NCBI GenBank assembly: GCA_030424715.1
Contig: JAUHWH010000003.1
Span: 260,148 to 324,147 of the forward strand
Reading direction: 5' to 3'
Source of the DNA: Bdellovibrionia bacterium
Lineage (GTDB): Bacteria > Bdellovibrionota > Bdellovibrionia > Bdellovibrionales > JAGQZY01
Length of the DNA: 64,000 nt
This document shows, one piece after another, positions 37,879-48,478 of the stretch. Under the pieces are notes generated by a model that was not told the DNA's origin, did no database searches, and saw nothing but the letters and a program-made list of their open reading frames with translations. The position numbers were made by a program, and so were the translations under genes. Each line of letters opens with the position of its first letter. Positions within the stretch are counted from its first letter, which is position 1.

Positions 37879-38727
37879 ATGAGTGAACAGCAGAAGTTTG
37901 GACTCCTCGGTACGGCCATCGGTCACGGCCAGCCCAAGCCCGGTGTAGAGAAGGCTTTTGAGTATCTCGAGCTGGTTGGCTTTTGGGAAGAGCTCGCCAA
38001 AGAATATGACTTTCAAAACTTTGGCGCCCTCGAAAAAGTCGATAGCGCCCAAGCCTACAACAACTTGTTCCACAAAACCCTTGAGATCATCAATAGTGGA
38101 TATCGACCCTTGTTGATTGGCGGTGATCACTCCCAGGCCTTTGCTTCGATAAGTGCCATCACCAACAAATACCCCAACTTGCGGATTCTATGGATCGACG
38201 CCCACGCTGACATGAACACCCCGGATACCAGCCCAACGGGTAACTCCCATGGTATGCCTCTTTCCGGTCTGCTGGGGCTCGTAGACAAAAATATCTGGGG
38301 TATGCCGTGGATGAACCAATTACTCAAACCAGATCAGGTGATCCATATCGGCGTTCGCGACATCGACCAGGGTGAAATAGAACTAATGAAAAAGCACAAC
38401 ATCGAATACTACACACCTGTCGACGTTGCAGAAAAAGGGCTGGAAGCGATTCTCGCCGACATTGCCAAACGCTGGAAAGGTCTGCCAACTCATTTGAGTT
38501 TTGACATCGATGGATTGGATGACTCTTTGGTTCCCGCCACCGGCACCCCCGTTGGTCAAGGTCTCGACATGAACCATGGCCGCACCATCATTGAAGCGGC
38601 GAAACGAGATTTCGATTTGGTGGCTTGTGAGATCGTCGAATTCAATCCGGACTTAGCAAAAACTCCGGCCGAACTGACCACCACCGAACAGAACGTAAAA
38701 AGTCTGATTCGACAACTTTTCATTTAA
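37879..38727 (+). CDS. rocF: arginase (ureohydrolase family)
   Basis: Mn-binding motifs GGDHS, WIDAHADMNTP and SFDIDGLD, plus GNSHGMPLS, which is typical of arginases rather than agmatinases. Confidence 0.85.
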   Translation: MSEQQKFGLLGTAIGHGQPKPGVEKAFEYLELVGFWEELAKEYDFQNFGALEKVDSAQAYNNLFHKTLEIINSGYRPLLIGGDHSQAFASISAITNKYPNLRILWIDAHADMNTPDTSPTGNSHGMPLSGLLGLVDKNIWGMPWMNQLLKPDQVIHIGVRDIDQGEIELMKKHNIEYYTPVDVAEKGLEAILADIAKRWKGLPTHLSFDIDGLDDSLVPATGTPVGQGLDMNHGRTIIEAAKRDFDLVACEIVEFNPDLAKTPAELTTTEQNVKSLIRQLFI

Positions 38728-38757
38728 CAGAAAAGCCATCATCGACATTCGCTTTTC

Positions 38758-41700
38758 CTAAGCCTTGTTTTTTTGAAAAAGAGATGTGATATCATCGAAA
38801 ATCGACACGAAGGCCGGCAAAAAGAAACTGGATAGTACCGAACCGATTAACATCCCCCACCCCAGAGCCAATGCGATGGGAACAATAAAGGGATCCAACC
38901 CGCCGATACCATAGGCGGTTGGCAAGATACCGCAAACAGTGGTCAGAGTGGTTAAGACGATCGGTCGAAGGCGTTTTTTACCAGCTTCAATAATACTATC
39001 GAGACGCTCCACTCCCTCTTTGCGCTCTTGCATCACGAAATCTACAAACACGATGGCGTTATTAACGATGACACCAGCCAGAGCGACCACGCCAAGCATC
39101 CCCATAAAACTCAAGGGCTCACCATGTAGAAACAGTGCCCAACAAACTGATACTGCTCCAATAGGAATCACTAGAATAATGATCACCGGCCAGACAAAAC
39201 TTTGAAAAGTCAGAATCAATAAAAAGTAAATAAGAATCAGGGCCAATAGAAAAGCCCTCTTTAGAGACTCAAGACTTTCTTTGGTGTCTTCATCTTCGCC
39301 CCCAAAATTAAACTTCAATCCGGGGTATTTCGATAGGTACTCCGGCGCCTTCGCTCGAATCCGGTCGCTCACTTCTGTTGCAGAGATCACGTCGACATCG
39401 ACATCACCAGAAATGGTCACTTGTCGCTGGTTATCGACATGGGAGTAGGCTTCAATCCCCTGCTCTTTTTCGAAACGAGCAATACTCTTCAGAGGGACCA
39501 GTTGCCCCCGGTTGTTCAAAATATTGAGATCACCGATGCCTTTTTGTCCTCGTTTCTCTTTTTCTGGCAACGAGACTCTAATATCAATTTCATCATCTAG
39601 TTTTTGGATACTGGTCGCTACCAGTCCCTCGAAGGCCGAAAGAACAGTGGTGCCCACAGAAGCCGCGGATAGACCCACCGACCGGGCTTCTTTTGGATCA
39701 ACCCGAACCACCACTTGATCCTTGCCGACGGAAAAGTTGTGGGTGATGTCTTTGGTGCCCGCCATGGCCTCGAGATCAGCAATAATCTCATCGGCGAGTT
39801 GCATGATGGTTGTATAGTCGTCACCCTGAATGCCAACGCTGATGGGGCTACCCACCGGCGGCCCAGGGTTGAGTCGTTCAAAGAAAACTTCTAGATTGTC
39901 GAGCCCCTTAAAGTTTTTACGCATATCCTCGATAATATCGGTGGCAATGCGGTTGCGTGCGGGCTCGGGCGTGAGGTAAATCATGATCTGGGCGTAATGG
40001 CTCCCCCGCTCTCCCGGCATATCCTCACGCTGCCGAAGTTCGCCCACCGTGGTGACATAATTGAGTAATTCTTCTTCGGGTAAATCAGCGACCATTTTTT
40101 CAATGGGCTTCATCAGTTCTGTGGTTTGTTCAAGGGTGGTTCCGATGGGCGCTTTGGCTTTTACTATAAATTGATCGATCCCTTCTGGAGGGAACAACAC
40201 CACTCGCATGTTGGTTGCGACATTTACCAGCGAACCAGCGATAAACATGATGAAGAATAGCAGCATCAACCAGCGTCTCTTGGCAGAAAAGCGCAGGACA
40301 TGTCCATAACCATGTAAGACTTTTTGCCACATACGATCGAAGGCCGCTTTAAAACCATGCTCCGATTTTTGGATGTGTTTCAGTTTCACCCAGCGGCCGA
40401 TATGGTAGGGAAGAATAAAGTAACACTCGATCAGACTGATCAACAATGCGCAGATCACCCCTAGAGGAATAAAACTGACAAATTTTCCGAAGATGCCCGT
40501 CATAATCGTCATGGGATAAAACGCTAAAACGGTGGTCATGACCGAAGCAAAAACTGCGGCCCAAATTTTTTGGGTGCCTTTTATGGCACCGGTCATCGGG
40601 TCGTTGCCGTCTTCCATTTCTCGCACGGCATTTTCGGTCACGACAACGGCATCATCGACCAGCATACCAATGACGATAATAAGTCCCATCATGGTGATAA
40701 GATTCAGACTGATGTCTTGCTGATCAAAGAACGTCATGGTTCCTAAAAACGAGAACGGGATACCCACCGCTGTGACCAATGACACGCGAAAGGGCAAAAA
40801 GAGACTGAGAACCAAGACAACAAGAAGGAGGCCAACCAACAGATTGTTAGAAAGCACGCCCAAGCGCCGACGAATCAGCTTGGAGAGATCGTTCACCATT
40901 TCAAATTCGATATTTTTAATCAATGCTGGATTGAGCTCACCGGGGACCATTTTTTTGATATCGTCAATCATGTCAATGGCATCAGCTTTTTGCTTTTTCA
41001 TAACCACCAGTCGAATGGCGTCTTGGGAGTTCACCCGGTGGGAGATTTGCTGATCCTTTAGACTCATAAAAACTTGAGCCACATCTTTTAGAACAATTGG
41101 GCGCCCAATATCATTGGCCCGAATCACCGTCTCTTTCACATCATCAATACCAGTGAACTGACCGTCAGTGCGAATGATCACATCTTTTTCAATGTCCTTA
41201 TCGAGTCGGGTAAAGACGCCTCCGGGGATCGAGACGTTCTGCTCTTTTAAAGCCGCGATGACTTCCGATAGGGAAATCTGATAGCGTCGCAGTTGCCGGG
41301 CCGCCACCTCCACGCGAATCTCGTACTCCCGCTCACCCCGCAAATCAACACGAGCCACTCCTGGGATTTTTTCGATTTCTTCTTCGACGTAACGAGCGGC
41401 TTCTTTTAAGGCGAAGGCATTAACGGCTCCGCTCATGGCCACTTCAACCACCGGAAAGATCTTCGACTCGATGGCCTGCACGTCGGGTTCTTCTGCCTGC
41501 TCTGGTAAATCATCGAAACGGTCGACGATCTCTTGGACGTCGACTTTCGCTTCGGCCTGAGTGGTTTGGTCAGGGTCCAACCGAATAATGATTCCGCTGA
41601 GTCCTTCAATCGAGGTAGAAAACATTTTTTTGACCCCGTCCACCTCTTTGAGCTCTTGCTCGAGAGGGTTTGTGATCAGCTTTTCAACCTCACTGGGCGC

Positions 41701-41865
41701 CGCACCGGGAAAGACGGTATACACTGTGATGATATCGTACTGGACATTCGGAAAGACTTCTTTTTTTATTGTGAATAGAGAGTAAAGGCCAATGCCTATC
41801 ACTAGAAAAGTGAAGAGCTCTGAGAATAAACCTTGTCTTGCAAAAAAATCGATCAACTTTTTCAA
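38758..41865 (-). CDS. RND efflux transporter (AcrB/AcrD/AcrF family inner-membrane pump)
   Basis: 1035 aa with 12-TM / two-large-loop architecture and typical N- and C-terminal RND sequence. The TTG start overlaps the upstream stop (TTGA). Confidence 0.9.
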   Translation of the reverse strand: MKKLIDFFARQGLFSELFTFLVIGIGLYSLFTIKKEVFPNVQYDIITVYTVFPGAAPSEVEKLITNPLEQELKEVDGVKKMFSTSIEGLSGIIIRLDPDQTTQAEAKVDVQEIVDRFDDLPEQAEEPDVQAIESKIFPVVEVAMSGAVNAFALKEAARYVEEEIEKIPGVARVDLRGEREYEIRVEVAARQLRRYQISLSEVIAALKEQNVSIPGGVFTRLDKDIEKDVIIRTDGQFTGIDDVKETVIRANDIGRPIVLKDVAQVFMSLKDQQISHRVNSQDAIRLVVMKKQKADAIDMIDDIKKMVPGELNPALIKNIEFEMVNDLSKLIRRRLGVLSNNLLVGLLLVVLVLSLFLPFRVSLVTAVGIPFSFLGTMTFFDQQDISLNLITMMGLIIVIGMLVDDAVVVTENAVREMEDGNDPMTGAIKGTQKIWAAVFASVMTTVLAFYPMTIMTGIFGKFVSFIPLGVICALLISLIECYFILPYHIGRWVKLKHIQKSEHGFKAAFDRMWQKVLHGYGHVLRFSAKRRWLMLLFFIMFIAGSLVNVATNMRVVLFPPEGIDQFIVKAKAPIGTTLEQTTELMKPIEKMVADLPEEELLNYVTTVGELRQREDMPGERGSHYAQIMIYLTPEPARNRIATDIIEDMRKNFKGLDNLEVFFERLNPGPPVGSPISVGIQGDDYTTIMQLADEIIADLEAMAGTKDITHNFSVGKDQVVVRVDPKEARSVGLSAASVGTTVLSAFEGLVATSIQKLDDEIDIRVSLPEKEKRGQKGIGDLNILNNRGQLVPLKSIARFEKEQGIEAYSHVDNQRQVTISGDVDVDVISATEVSDRIRAKAPEYLSKYPGLKFNFGGEDEDTKESLESLKRAFLLALILIYFLLILTFQSFVWPVIIILVIPIGAVSVCWALFLHGEPLSFMGMLGVVALAGVIVNNAIVFVDFVMQERKEGVERLDSIIEAGKKRLRPIVLTTLTTVCGILPTAYGIGGLDPFIVPIALALGWGMLIGSVLSSFFLPAFVSIFDDITSLFQKNKA

Positions 41866-43424
41866 GGGCGACCACTTTCAAGCAATTGCTCGATGTGGGG
41901 AGCCAGAAACCGGTAGAGCTCACCCGACTGTTTTTGAACCTGCCAAGCCAACTGTCGCACTTCGATTTTCTTTTGGTGGCTTTGCAAGATCCACAAGCTG
42001 AGGTCATCCTCGGCCGTCACCAATTGGTTGACCCCAATTCGCCCCAGTCGAAAACGCTTTTCCTCAGCACGCACTCGTTTTTTTTGCTCGCTCACTACAG
42101 TGTTATAAAGCTTCTCTGTTTTCCACTCGGCCTTCAGACGGCGACAACTATCGCGCCACTGGCTTTTAAGACCATCCACCGCAATTTGCAAGCGAGCTGC
42201 GGTTTGCTCTTTTTCAATATACTTCTGGGTTCGCATGGCTTTGGCGCCGGAGTTATTTAAAGGCCATGAGAGCGACAAGCCGACATTCCAAGCCAAGCCC
42301 CGGCCGAAGCCCTCGTCATCTCGGCCAGCTAAGACATTTTCAACGGTGACAGAGGCCTCGTCATCAATGCTGTTGCCCCGATAGCCTGCAATTAATTTTA
42401 AGTCCGGTAAACTTTCGTTTTTAGCCGCCTTGAAATCAAAATCTAAACTCTCAAGGTTCTTTTCGAGGGCGTAGACCTCGGCTGTTTTCACGGGCTCTTT
42501 TTGACCACAGATCCGCAGACCCAAGGGCACCGGATTGTCGATGGTCGTTGGCACATCCATTGGATCTTCGGCCAAAAATTCTGTGGGGAGAGCCAGGCTA
42601 ATCACCAACTCATCCCACCTCAATGCTAAGTTAGAGCGCGCTTGGGAGAGGCTGGCTTTGGTCGAAGCCAACAAAGCCTCCACCTGGATAAGATCGGGCT
42701 TCTCTACCGCGCCTTTACGAGACCGTCTTTGCAAAATCTTAAAGAGATTCTCTCGCCGCTTCACCTGCTCTTGCAAACTGTCCACCTGCTGCTGCAGAAG
42801 CCAGGCTTGATAATACTGTGACATAAACTGCAGCGTCAGGTTTTCAAATTCGTTGCGCGTGTTCCATTGAATGGCGCTGGCCCTGGCGCGCGCACCCATG
42901 CGTTTTTTTCTAAAAGCATAGCCAAAACTGTCTCGCAACAGACTTTGCTCAATGGCTATGGTGGCTGTGGATTGCTTAAATACAGGTACGATCGCGCCCG
43001 AAAAACCCGAGCCCGGGCCTAAGGGTGGAAAATCTTGGTCGTTGTTCTCGTACAACCAGCCCACTGATGTGGTGGTTCCAGTCGACCATCTTTTTGCTAG
43101 TCCCAAATTCCAGTCCCACATTTTGTTGCGAAGTCCCAAAAATGAAATGGTTCGAGCAGCATTGTCATCTGTGTACTCCGCCTTCGCGGTGAAAAGGGTG
43201 TCAGTCATCGCGTCAAACTGGCCCATCTCTTCGAGACCGGCGGAGGCATGGTTGTAACCAATAATTTTATAGCCTTGAGCATTCTGGAGAGCCAACTTTA
43301 TAACAAAAGGAAGACTCAATCGACTATCGGGCGCCTTGCTAAGGTAAGACTGTGCCTCCGGCGAAAGAGCCGCAGACAAAACGGATGACGAAAAGAAACA
43401 GAAAACAGCGAGGGCAACTTTCAT
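41862..43424 (-). CDS. TolC-like outer-membrane efflux protein
   Basis: Has a signal peptide and two repeated helical/barrel halves typical of the OEP family (e.g. LSLPFVIKLALQNAQGYK, long coiled helices). Confidence 0.8.
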   Translation of the reverse strand: MKVALAVFCFFSSSVLSAALSPEAQSYLSKAPDSRLSLPFVIKLALQNAQGYKIIGYNHASAGLEEMGQFDAMTDTLFTAKAEYTDDNAARTISFLGLRNKMWDWNLGLAKRWSTGTTTSVGWLYENNDQDFPPLGPGSGFSGAIVPVFKQSTATIAIEQSLLRDSFGYAFRKKRMGARARASAIQWNTRNEFENLTLQFMSQYYQAWLLQQQVDSLQEQVKRRENLFKILQRRSRKGAVEKPDLIQVEALLASTKASLSQARSNLALRWDELVISLALPTEFLAEDPMDVPTTIDNPVPLGLRICGQKEPVKTAEVYALEKNLESLDFDFKAAKNESLPDLKLIAGYRGNSIDDEASVTVENVLAGRDDEGFGRGLAWNVGLSLSWPLNNSGAKAMRTQKYIEKEQTAARLQIAVDGLKSQWRDSCRRLKAEWKTEKLYNTVVSEQKKRVRAEEKRFRLGRIGVNQLVTAEDDLSLWILQSHQKKIEVRQLAWQVQKQSGELYRFLAPHIEQLLESGRP

Positions 43425-43536
43425 TTGAGACTGAGGCTACTGAGGGGGCCTCTTAGAGTCAATGCACCTGTGGCATTTTTCAGAATTCTCTGATTTTAAG
43501 TTGGACAAAAAATGAAATCCCAAGAATACTGCCAGC

Positions 43537-44436
43537 ATGACATACATTGCCGCAATTGATATCGGATCCAACGCTATTCGACTGGCCATTGCTCACAAAA
43601 CAAAGACTGGCCTTCACCTCACCTACCGCTCCAGAGAGCCCGTTCGATTGGGAAGCTCTGTTTTCACCAATGGCGCGATCGACGAGGGGACCTGTAACGA
43701 CCTAGAGCAGGCCATGCTACAGTTTAAAAACCAACTGGAAAATCACAACGTGAAACACTACCGCGCCATTGCCACCAGCGCTATGCGCGAAGCTAGCAAT
43801 AGCAAAGATGTGGTGCAATCCCTTCTGGAGGCCAGTGGGTTACAGATTGAAGTGATCTCGGGACAAGAAGAAGCTCGCCTGGTGTCTCTAGCCATATCCC
43901 AAAAGGTGGACCTACAGCAGGGTAACCACCTTTTGATCGATATCGGAGGCGGCAGCATTGAGCTAGTGGCCTTGGTTGATGGAGAGACTCAAAAAAAACA
44001 GAGCTTCGGTCTCGGCATGGTCCGGCTTTTAGAACTGCAAAAAGAGAAATCCAAACCCTTAGAAAAATGGCTGCCCCGGTTTATAGAAGACACGGTCAGC
44101 GCTTTTTTTGAAGACCTCCCTCCCCTAAAAACAGCCGTTGGAACCGGGGGGAGTATGGATCGCTTTATTAAGCTGAAAAGCTTTGTTTCCAGTGAGAACG
44201 GCATGGACTTAACGGAACCGGAAATGGAAAAGGTCTACGACCTGCTCAATGAGGTGACCTATAAAGAAAGAATCAAAAAGTTTTGTCTAAAACCCGATCG
44301 AGCCGACGTGATCATACCCGCAGCCATTGCTACCTTGCAATTTATGAAACTGGGGCAATGTAATGCCATCCTGTTTCCTCAGGTGGGTATTAAGGATGGG
44401 GTTCTTCAAGAGCTTTCATCAATAGCGGCAATTTGA
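43537..44436 (+). CDS. ppx: Ppx/GppA-family phosphatase (exopolyphosphatase-like, short form)
   Basis: N-terminal ASKHA motif AAIDIGSNAIRL, then ATSAMREASN and IDIGGGSIE. Confidence 0.85.
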   Translation: MTYIAAIDIGSNAIRLAIAHKTKTGLHLTYRSREPVRLGSSVFTNGAIDEGTCNDLEQAMLQFKNQLENHNVKHYRAIATSAMREASNSKDVVQSLLEASGLQIEVISGQEEARLVSLAISQKVDLQQGNHLLIDIGGGSIELVALVDGETQKKQSFGLGMVRLLELQKEKSKPLEKWLPRFIEDTVSAFFEDLPPLKTAVGTGGSMDRFIKLKSFVSSENGMDLTEPEMEKVYDLLNEVTYKERIKKFCLKPDRADVIIPAAIATLQFMKLGQCNAILFPQVGIKDGVLQELSSIAAI

Positions 44437-46526
44437 CAACGAGCGAGCGTTAACTGCATCAAGCGCTGCTGAGACCCGACCGCGTCTTTTTTGGCTTGCA
44501 AGCGCTTATACGAGCCATCGGGCTGCTGTTGCCAAGCATTGGTGCGGTCATCGAGAGCCGCATCGAGAATCTCCAACAATTTGCGTTTCAAAGTGCGATC
44601 TTTCACAGGGGTGATCACCTCGACACGACCGTGGAGATTGCGCTTCATCCAGTCGGCCGAACCGATATAAAAAGCCCCACCCAAAGCGTCTTCATGGCCG
44701 CCTCGAAAATAGAAAATTCGAGAGTGTTCCAAAAAACGTCCCACGACCGAAAGCACCGAGATGTTTTCACTAAGACCGGGAATACCAGATTTTAAACAGC
44801 AGAAGCCTCGAACAATAAGATCAACCTTCACTCCGGCCTGCGAGGCTTCATACAGGAGCTCACAGATCTCGCGATCTTCTAGTGAGTTAAATTTGGCGAT
44901 GATGTGAGACGGACGCCCTTTTTGGGCCCATTCGATTTCTTTTTTGATCAGATCAAGAAAGCGAGCTTTCATATTCATGGGAGCTACCAATAAAGACTTA
45001 AACTCTCGCTGAAAAGAGCGACCTGTTAAAAAATGAAAGAGCTGAACAACATCTTGGGTGATCTCTGGGTCGGCCGTCAATAGACCCACATCGGTATAGA
45101 GTCTGGCCGTGGAACTGTTGTAGTTACCCGTTCCCAAATGGCAGTAGGCTTTAATCTCTTTACCTTCTTTGCGTAAGACAAGAGCGGTTTTACAGTGAGT
45201 TTTGAAACCAATCACTCCGTAGACCACGTGAATGCCTGCTTTTTCCATTTGTTGGGCCCAAAAAATATTACGTTCTTCATCAAAACGAGCCTTCAATTCA
45301 ACCAAGCAGACCACTTGCTTGCCCTGTTCAGCCGCGTGAATCAACGAGGAGATGATCGAACTTTTTTCATTGGTTCGATAAAGAGTCATTTTAATGGCCA
45401 AGACATTTTCGTCTTCACTGGCTGATCGGATAAAGCGCTCAACCGACCCAGTGAAGCTCTCATAGGGATGATGAACCAAGCGATCGTTTTTTCGAATCAA
45501 ATCAAAGATCGGGGTTTGTACATCATGAAATGGCGCCGGGACTCGTGGGTTCCAAGGGCTGAACTTTAAATGGGGCAAAGGCAGCTCGGCAATGGAGAAT
45601 AGTGACGTGTAGTCCAGTAGACCCGGGACCTCGTAAATATCGTTGTCCGATAGATCAAGTTCATCTTTCAAAAGCTCCACCATCCAAGGGTCGGAGTTTT
45701 TACCAACTTCGAGACGGACGGCTTCGGCAAAACGTCGCTGTCGGATCTCTTCGGTGATCATATCGAGCAAGTCCTCGGCTCCGTCTTGATCTCGGTCGAG
45801 GTCAGCATTGCGGGTGATTCGAAAGGGCATCACCTGCAAAATGTTCATGTCGGGGAACAAGTCTTCTAAGTTATGGGAGATCACTTGAAGAAGCGAGACG
45901 TAAGAGCGCCCCTTGTCAGCATCATCCGATAGCTCGACCCAGGGAGGAAAAATTTTGGGGACTTTCACCCGACCGAACAAGATTTCTTTACCCTCTTTGT
46001 TCTCAAGCTTAATTGCCAAAGAAAGCGAGAGATTTGAAATAAAGGGGAACGGCAGGGCATTGTCCACAACCAGCGGGGTCAGAACAGGAAAAATGTTGGA
46101 CTGATAGTACTCTTGCATTTCTTTTTTCTGAGAAGAACTTAGGTCTTTCCATTTTTTCAAATAAATATTGTGTTCCGCCAGCTCGGGGATGATTGTTTTT
46201 TTATAAAGCTGTGCGACCTTTTGACATTCGGTGGTTAGGAACTCCCTTATTTTTTGCAATTGCTCTGATGCGACCAGGCCATCATGGGACTTTTTGGACA
46301 GCCCATAGTCCACCTGGCGCTTCAACCCGCCCACTCGCTTCATGATAAACTCATCGAGATTGGAGTTGTAGATTCCTAAAAATTTAAGGCGTTCTAATAA
46401 AGGGGTCTCCGAATTTTCGGCTTGATACAGAACCCGCTTATTGAACTCTAGCCATTGAATTTCTCGATTGTAAAAGTGGTCGGTTTCAAAAGACTCAATG
46501 GGCGGTGGACTCTTTTTTTTGCTCAC
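44406..46526 (-). CDS. ppk: polyphosphate kinase 1
   Basis: FYNREIQWLEFNKRVL N-terminus, 706 aa, and two PLD-like HKD regions (KTHCKTALV, FLEHSRIF). Confidence 0.95.
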   Translation of the reverse strand: MSKKKSPPPIESFETDHFYNREIQWLEFNKRVLYQAENSETPLLERLKFLGIYNSNLDEFIMKRVGGLKRQVDYGLSKKSHDGLVASEQLQKIREFLTTECQKVAQLYKKTIIPELAEHNIYLKKWKDLSSSQKKEMQEYYQSNIFPVLTPLVVDNALPFPFISNLSLSLAIKLENKEGKEILFGRVKVPKIFPPWVELSDDADKGRSYVSLLQVISHNLEDLFPDMNILQVMPFRITRNADLDRDQDGAEDLLDMITEEIRQRRFAEAVRLEVGKNSDPWMVELLKDELDLSDNDIYEVPGLLDYTSLFSIAELPLPHLKFSPWNPRVPAPFHDVQTPIFDLIRKNDRLVHHPYESFTGSVERFIRSASEDENVLAIKMTLYRTNEKSSIISSLIHAAEQGKQVVCLVELKARFDEERNIFWAQQMEKAGIHVVYGVIGFKTHCKTALVLRKEGKEIKAYCHLGTGNYNSSTARLYTDVGLLTADPEITQDVVQLFHFLTGRSFQREFKSLLVAPMNMKARFLDLIKKEIEWAQKGRPSHIIAKFNSLEDREICELLYEASQAGVKVDLIVRGFCCLKSGIPGLSENISVLSVVGRFLEHSRIFYFRGGHEDALGGAFYIGSADWMKRNLHGRVEVITPVKDRTLKRKLLEILDAALDDRTNAWQQQPDGSYKRLQAKKDAVGSQQRLMQLTLARCQIAAIDESS

Positions 46527-46763
46527 CTAGGCGTCCCCATCGTCCCCAATACTTTCAACGGGACACCCCTCCATGGCCTCAACGCACAACTCCACCTCTT
46601 CAGCAGTTTCTGGCTGCTTAATAACGAAGGCATGTCCGTCATCCTCATCGAGCTTGAAGTGGTCAGGGGCGGTCAGGTTACAGGCGGCGCAGTCAATACA
46701 AGAGCGATCCACATAAAATTTACCCGCAACATTATCACCGTATTTGTCGTTGATATCAGCCAT
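46527..46763 (-). CDS. small ferredoxin (single 4Fe-4S/3Fe-4S type)
   Basis: CIDCAAC...CP motif, acidic, 78 aa. Its stop is immediately adjacent to the ppk ATG. Confidence 0.8.
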   Translation of the reverse strand: MADINDKYGDNVAGKFYVDRSCIDCAACNLTAPDHFKLDEDDGHAFVIKQPETAEEVELCVEAMEGCPVESIGDDGDA

Positions 46764-46768
46764 AGACT

Positions 46769-47287
46769 CTAAACTCGCTTAGCCCACTCCTGGCGGCTCA
46801 CTTTCGCAAGTCCCTTCGTGGCAAAATAGAACACTACCATAAAGAATAGGGTTCCGGATAAGGTGGATCGAAAGAAGGGAAGCCCCATCTCATAGCAATG
46901 CAGTAAGCCCTCGAAACTGGGCGCATACATTTGACTAAACATCCAGACACCTAGGTTTGAGAGGATAAAAAACTGGCAAGCGGCTGCAAAGCCGAAACCC
47001 ATAAAAGACGAAAAGCGAGGCCCCATAAAGGATCCACTGAACAAAATCAGGGTCATGGCCACGTAGTTGAAAGCCCAGCCGGGGTAGAACCCGATCATCC
47101 AATCACTGACCAGTAGGGCCAGCAAAGGCAAAAACAACCCAAAAAGCCGCCCTTTTGCAAAAAAACCCGTGAACAGACAAAGGGCGAGAACAGGGGTAAA
47201 GTTGGGCTGATGGGGGAGAATGCGGCTGGCCCACAGCACCAGACTCAGAACAGCGACCATAAAGAAGGGGAATTTTGCTTTTTCCAT
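46769..47287 (-). CDS. polytopic membrane protein (possibly DUF6580-like)
   Basis: About five hydrophobic helices. The N-terminal HQPNFTPVLALCLFTGFF resembles that family as I recall it. Located 5 nt upstream of the ferredoxin gene. Confidence 0.7.
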   Translation of the reverse strand: MEKAKFPFFMVAVLSLVLWASRILPHQPNFTPVLALCLFTGFFAKGRLFGLFLPLLALLVSDWMIGFYPGWAFNYVAMTLILFSGSFMGPRFSSFMGFGFAAACQFFILSNLGVWMFSQMYAPSFEGLLHCYEMGLPFFRSTLSGTLFFMVVFYFATKGLAKVSRQEWAKRV

Positions 47288-47416
47288 AATTAAGTCTCCT
47301 CAAAGGACTAACTTTAACATGCCGGTCGGGGCCTCACAAGCAAAGCTCACCAATACCAGCAGCTTAAGTTCCTAAACGCCTCGCATCAAGACCCAACATA
47401 TCAGGTCAAAACGACT

Positions 47417-48478
47417 ATGATATTTAAAAAGCTGCAAGGATCCTCAGTAATGCTCAATTGGCTTATATTTTGTTCTTTTGTGTTTTCGTTTGCCATGACT
47501 CTACTGGGGGTGGGCGTCGATCTGGCCTATCAACTGCAAATGCGGCCCGAAATTGAAAAGATACAGACTAAACACTTAGAGTCACTCACGGACTACCTTA
47601 AGAGCGAAAAGCATTGGCAGAGTCACCCTCTGTTCCGAACCAAACGAGAGAACAAACGCAATTTATCGGAGCTGCTGCAAACCATATCCCAAGGGGATTT
47701 GCAAAACACGCTGGTCCCATTGAAGACCAAAAAAGAGATCCTCTCTCTCGGCGGAAACTGGCTTGAACAAAAACATAAAATTAAATATGAGCCAACGATC
47801 GATGCCTTCTTCTCTGAAGTCCAGTCTTTCGATCACTGGCACACCACCGACGAGGTCACCACCGAGGTCACCACGGGGCTGGTCGTGGCGAGCCAAATCT
47901 TTTTAGCTTACACCTTCTATCGCAATCCAGAAAGTCTGCGGCAAGCTCTTGAAAAAACGAGACACCTGAGTTCCCTTCTTCTGCAGGCAGAGCCCATGAA
48001 TCTGAAAAGGACAGGCCTGTCTTTGCTCGAGAAGGAACAGGTTTTTATGAACTTTCTAAACAGCCGCTTTTTGAAAACAAAGATTTTATGGTCGACCATC
48101 GAGCCCTCAGAGTTGAGAGCCTATCGACAACACTTGGCGCGCACCTCTGAGTACCTCAGCCCTCTCACCTCTCCTGAGGTCCTCAGCAAAGTGTTTCAAG
48201 ATCAACTACCCATTGGGTTCTGTGGAATTTTTAAAATCAAACAACCGCAACTGCAATGGGCGCACTTTTATCTGGGAGGGCAATTCCCGCTAGAGCCCGA
48301 TTTTTCCGAAACCATCAGTCATGTGCAGCGAATATCAAGGCGAGCCAAATCGGAGTGCCGAACCTGGAGCGAGATTTCACTCCCTCCCCTCTCTTGGGCT
48401 CGCTTCGCCCCCTATTACCGGCGACTTTATGGTGTAAAACTTTTAATTGCCTCTGAAAAAAGGGGCTACGCCCTATGA
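47417..48478 (+). CDS. hypothetical membrane-anchored protein
   Basis: One N-terminal TM segment (WLIFCSFVFSFAMTLLGVGV). The stop overlaps the GT4 start (ATGA). No family recognised. Confidence 0.65.
   Translation: MIFKKLQGSSVMLNWLIFCSFVFSFAMTLLGVGVDLAYQLQMRPEIEKIQTKHLESLTDYLKSEKHWQSHPLFRTKRENKRNLSELLQTISQGDLQNTLVPLKTKKEILSLGGNWLEQKHKIKYEPTIDAFFSEVQSFDHWHTTDEVTTEVTTGLVVASQIFLAYTFYRNPESLRQALEKTRHLSSLLLQAEPMNLKRTGLSLLEKEQVFMNFLNSRFLKTKILWSTIEPSELRAYRQHLARTSEYLSPLTSPEVLSKVFQDQLPIGFCGIFKIKQPQLQWAHFYLGGQFPLEPDFSETISHVQRISRRAKSECRTWSEISLPPLSWARFAPYYRRLYGVKLLIASEKRGYAL

Noticed and set aside
41690-42260. ORFs spanning the tolC/RND junction on both strands
   Set aside because: They overlap two long family-supported genes and have no independent support.
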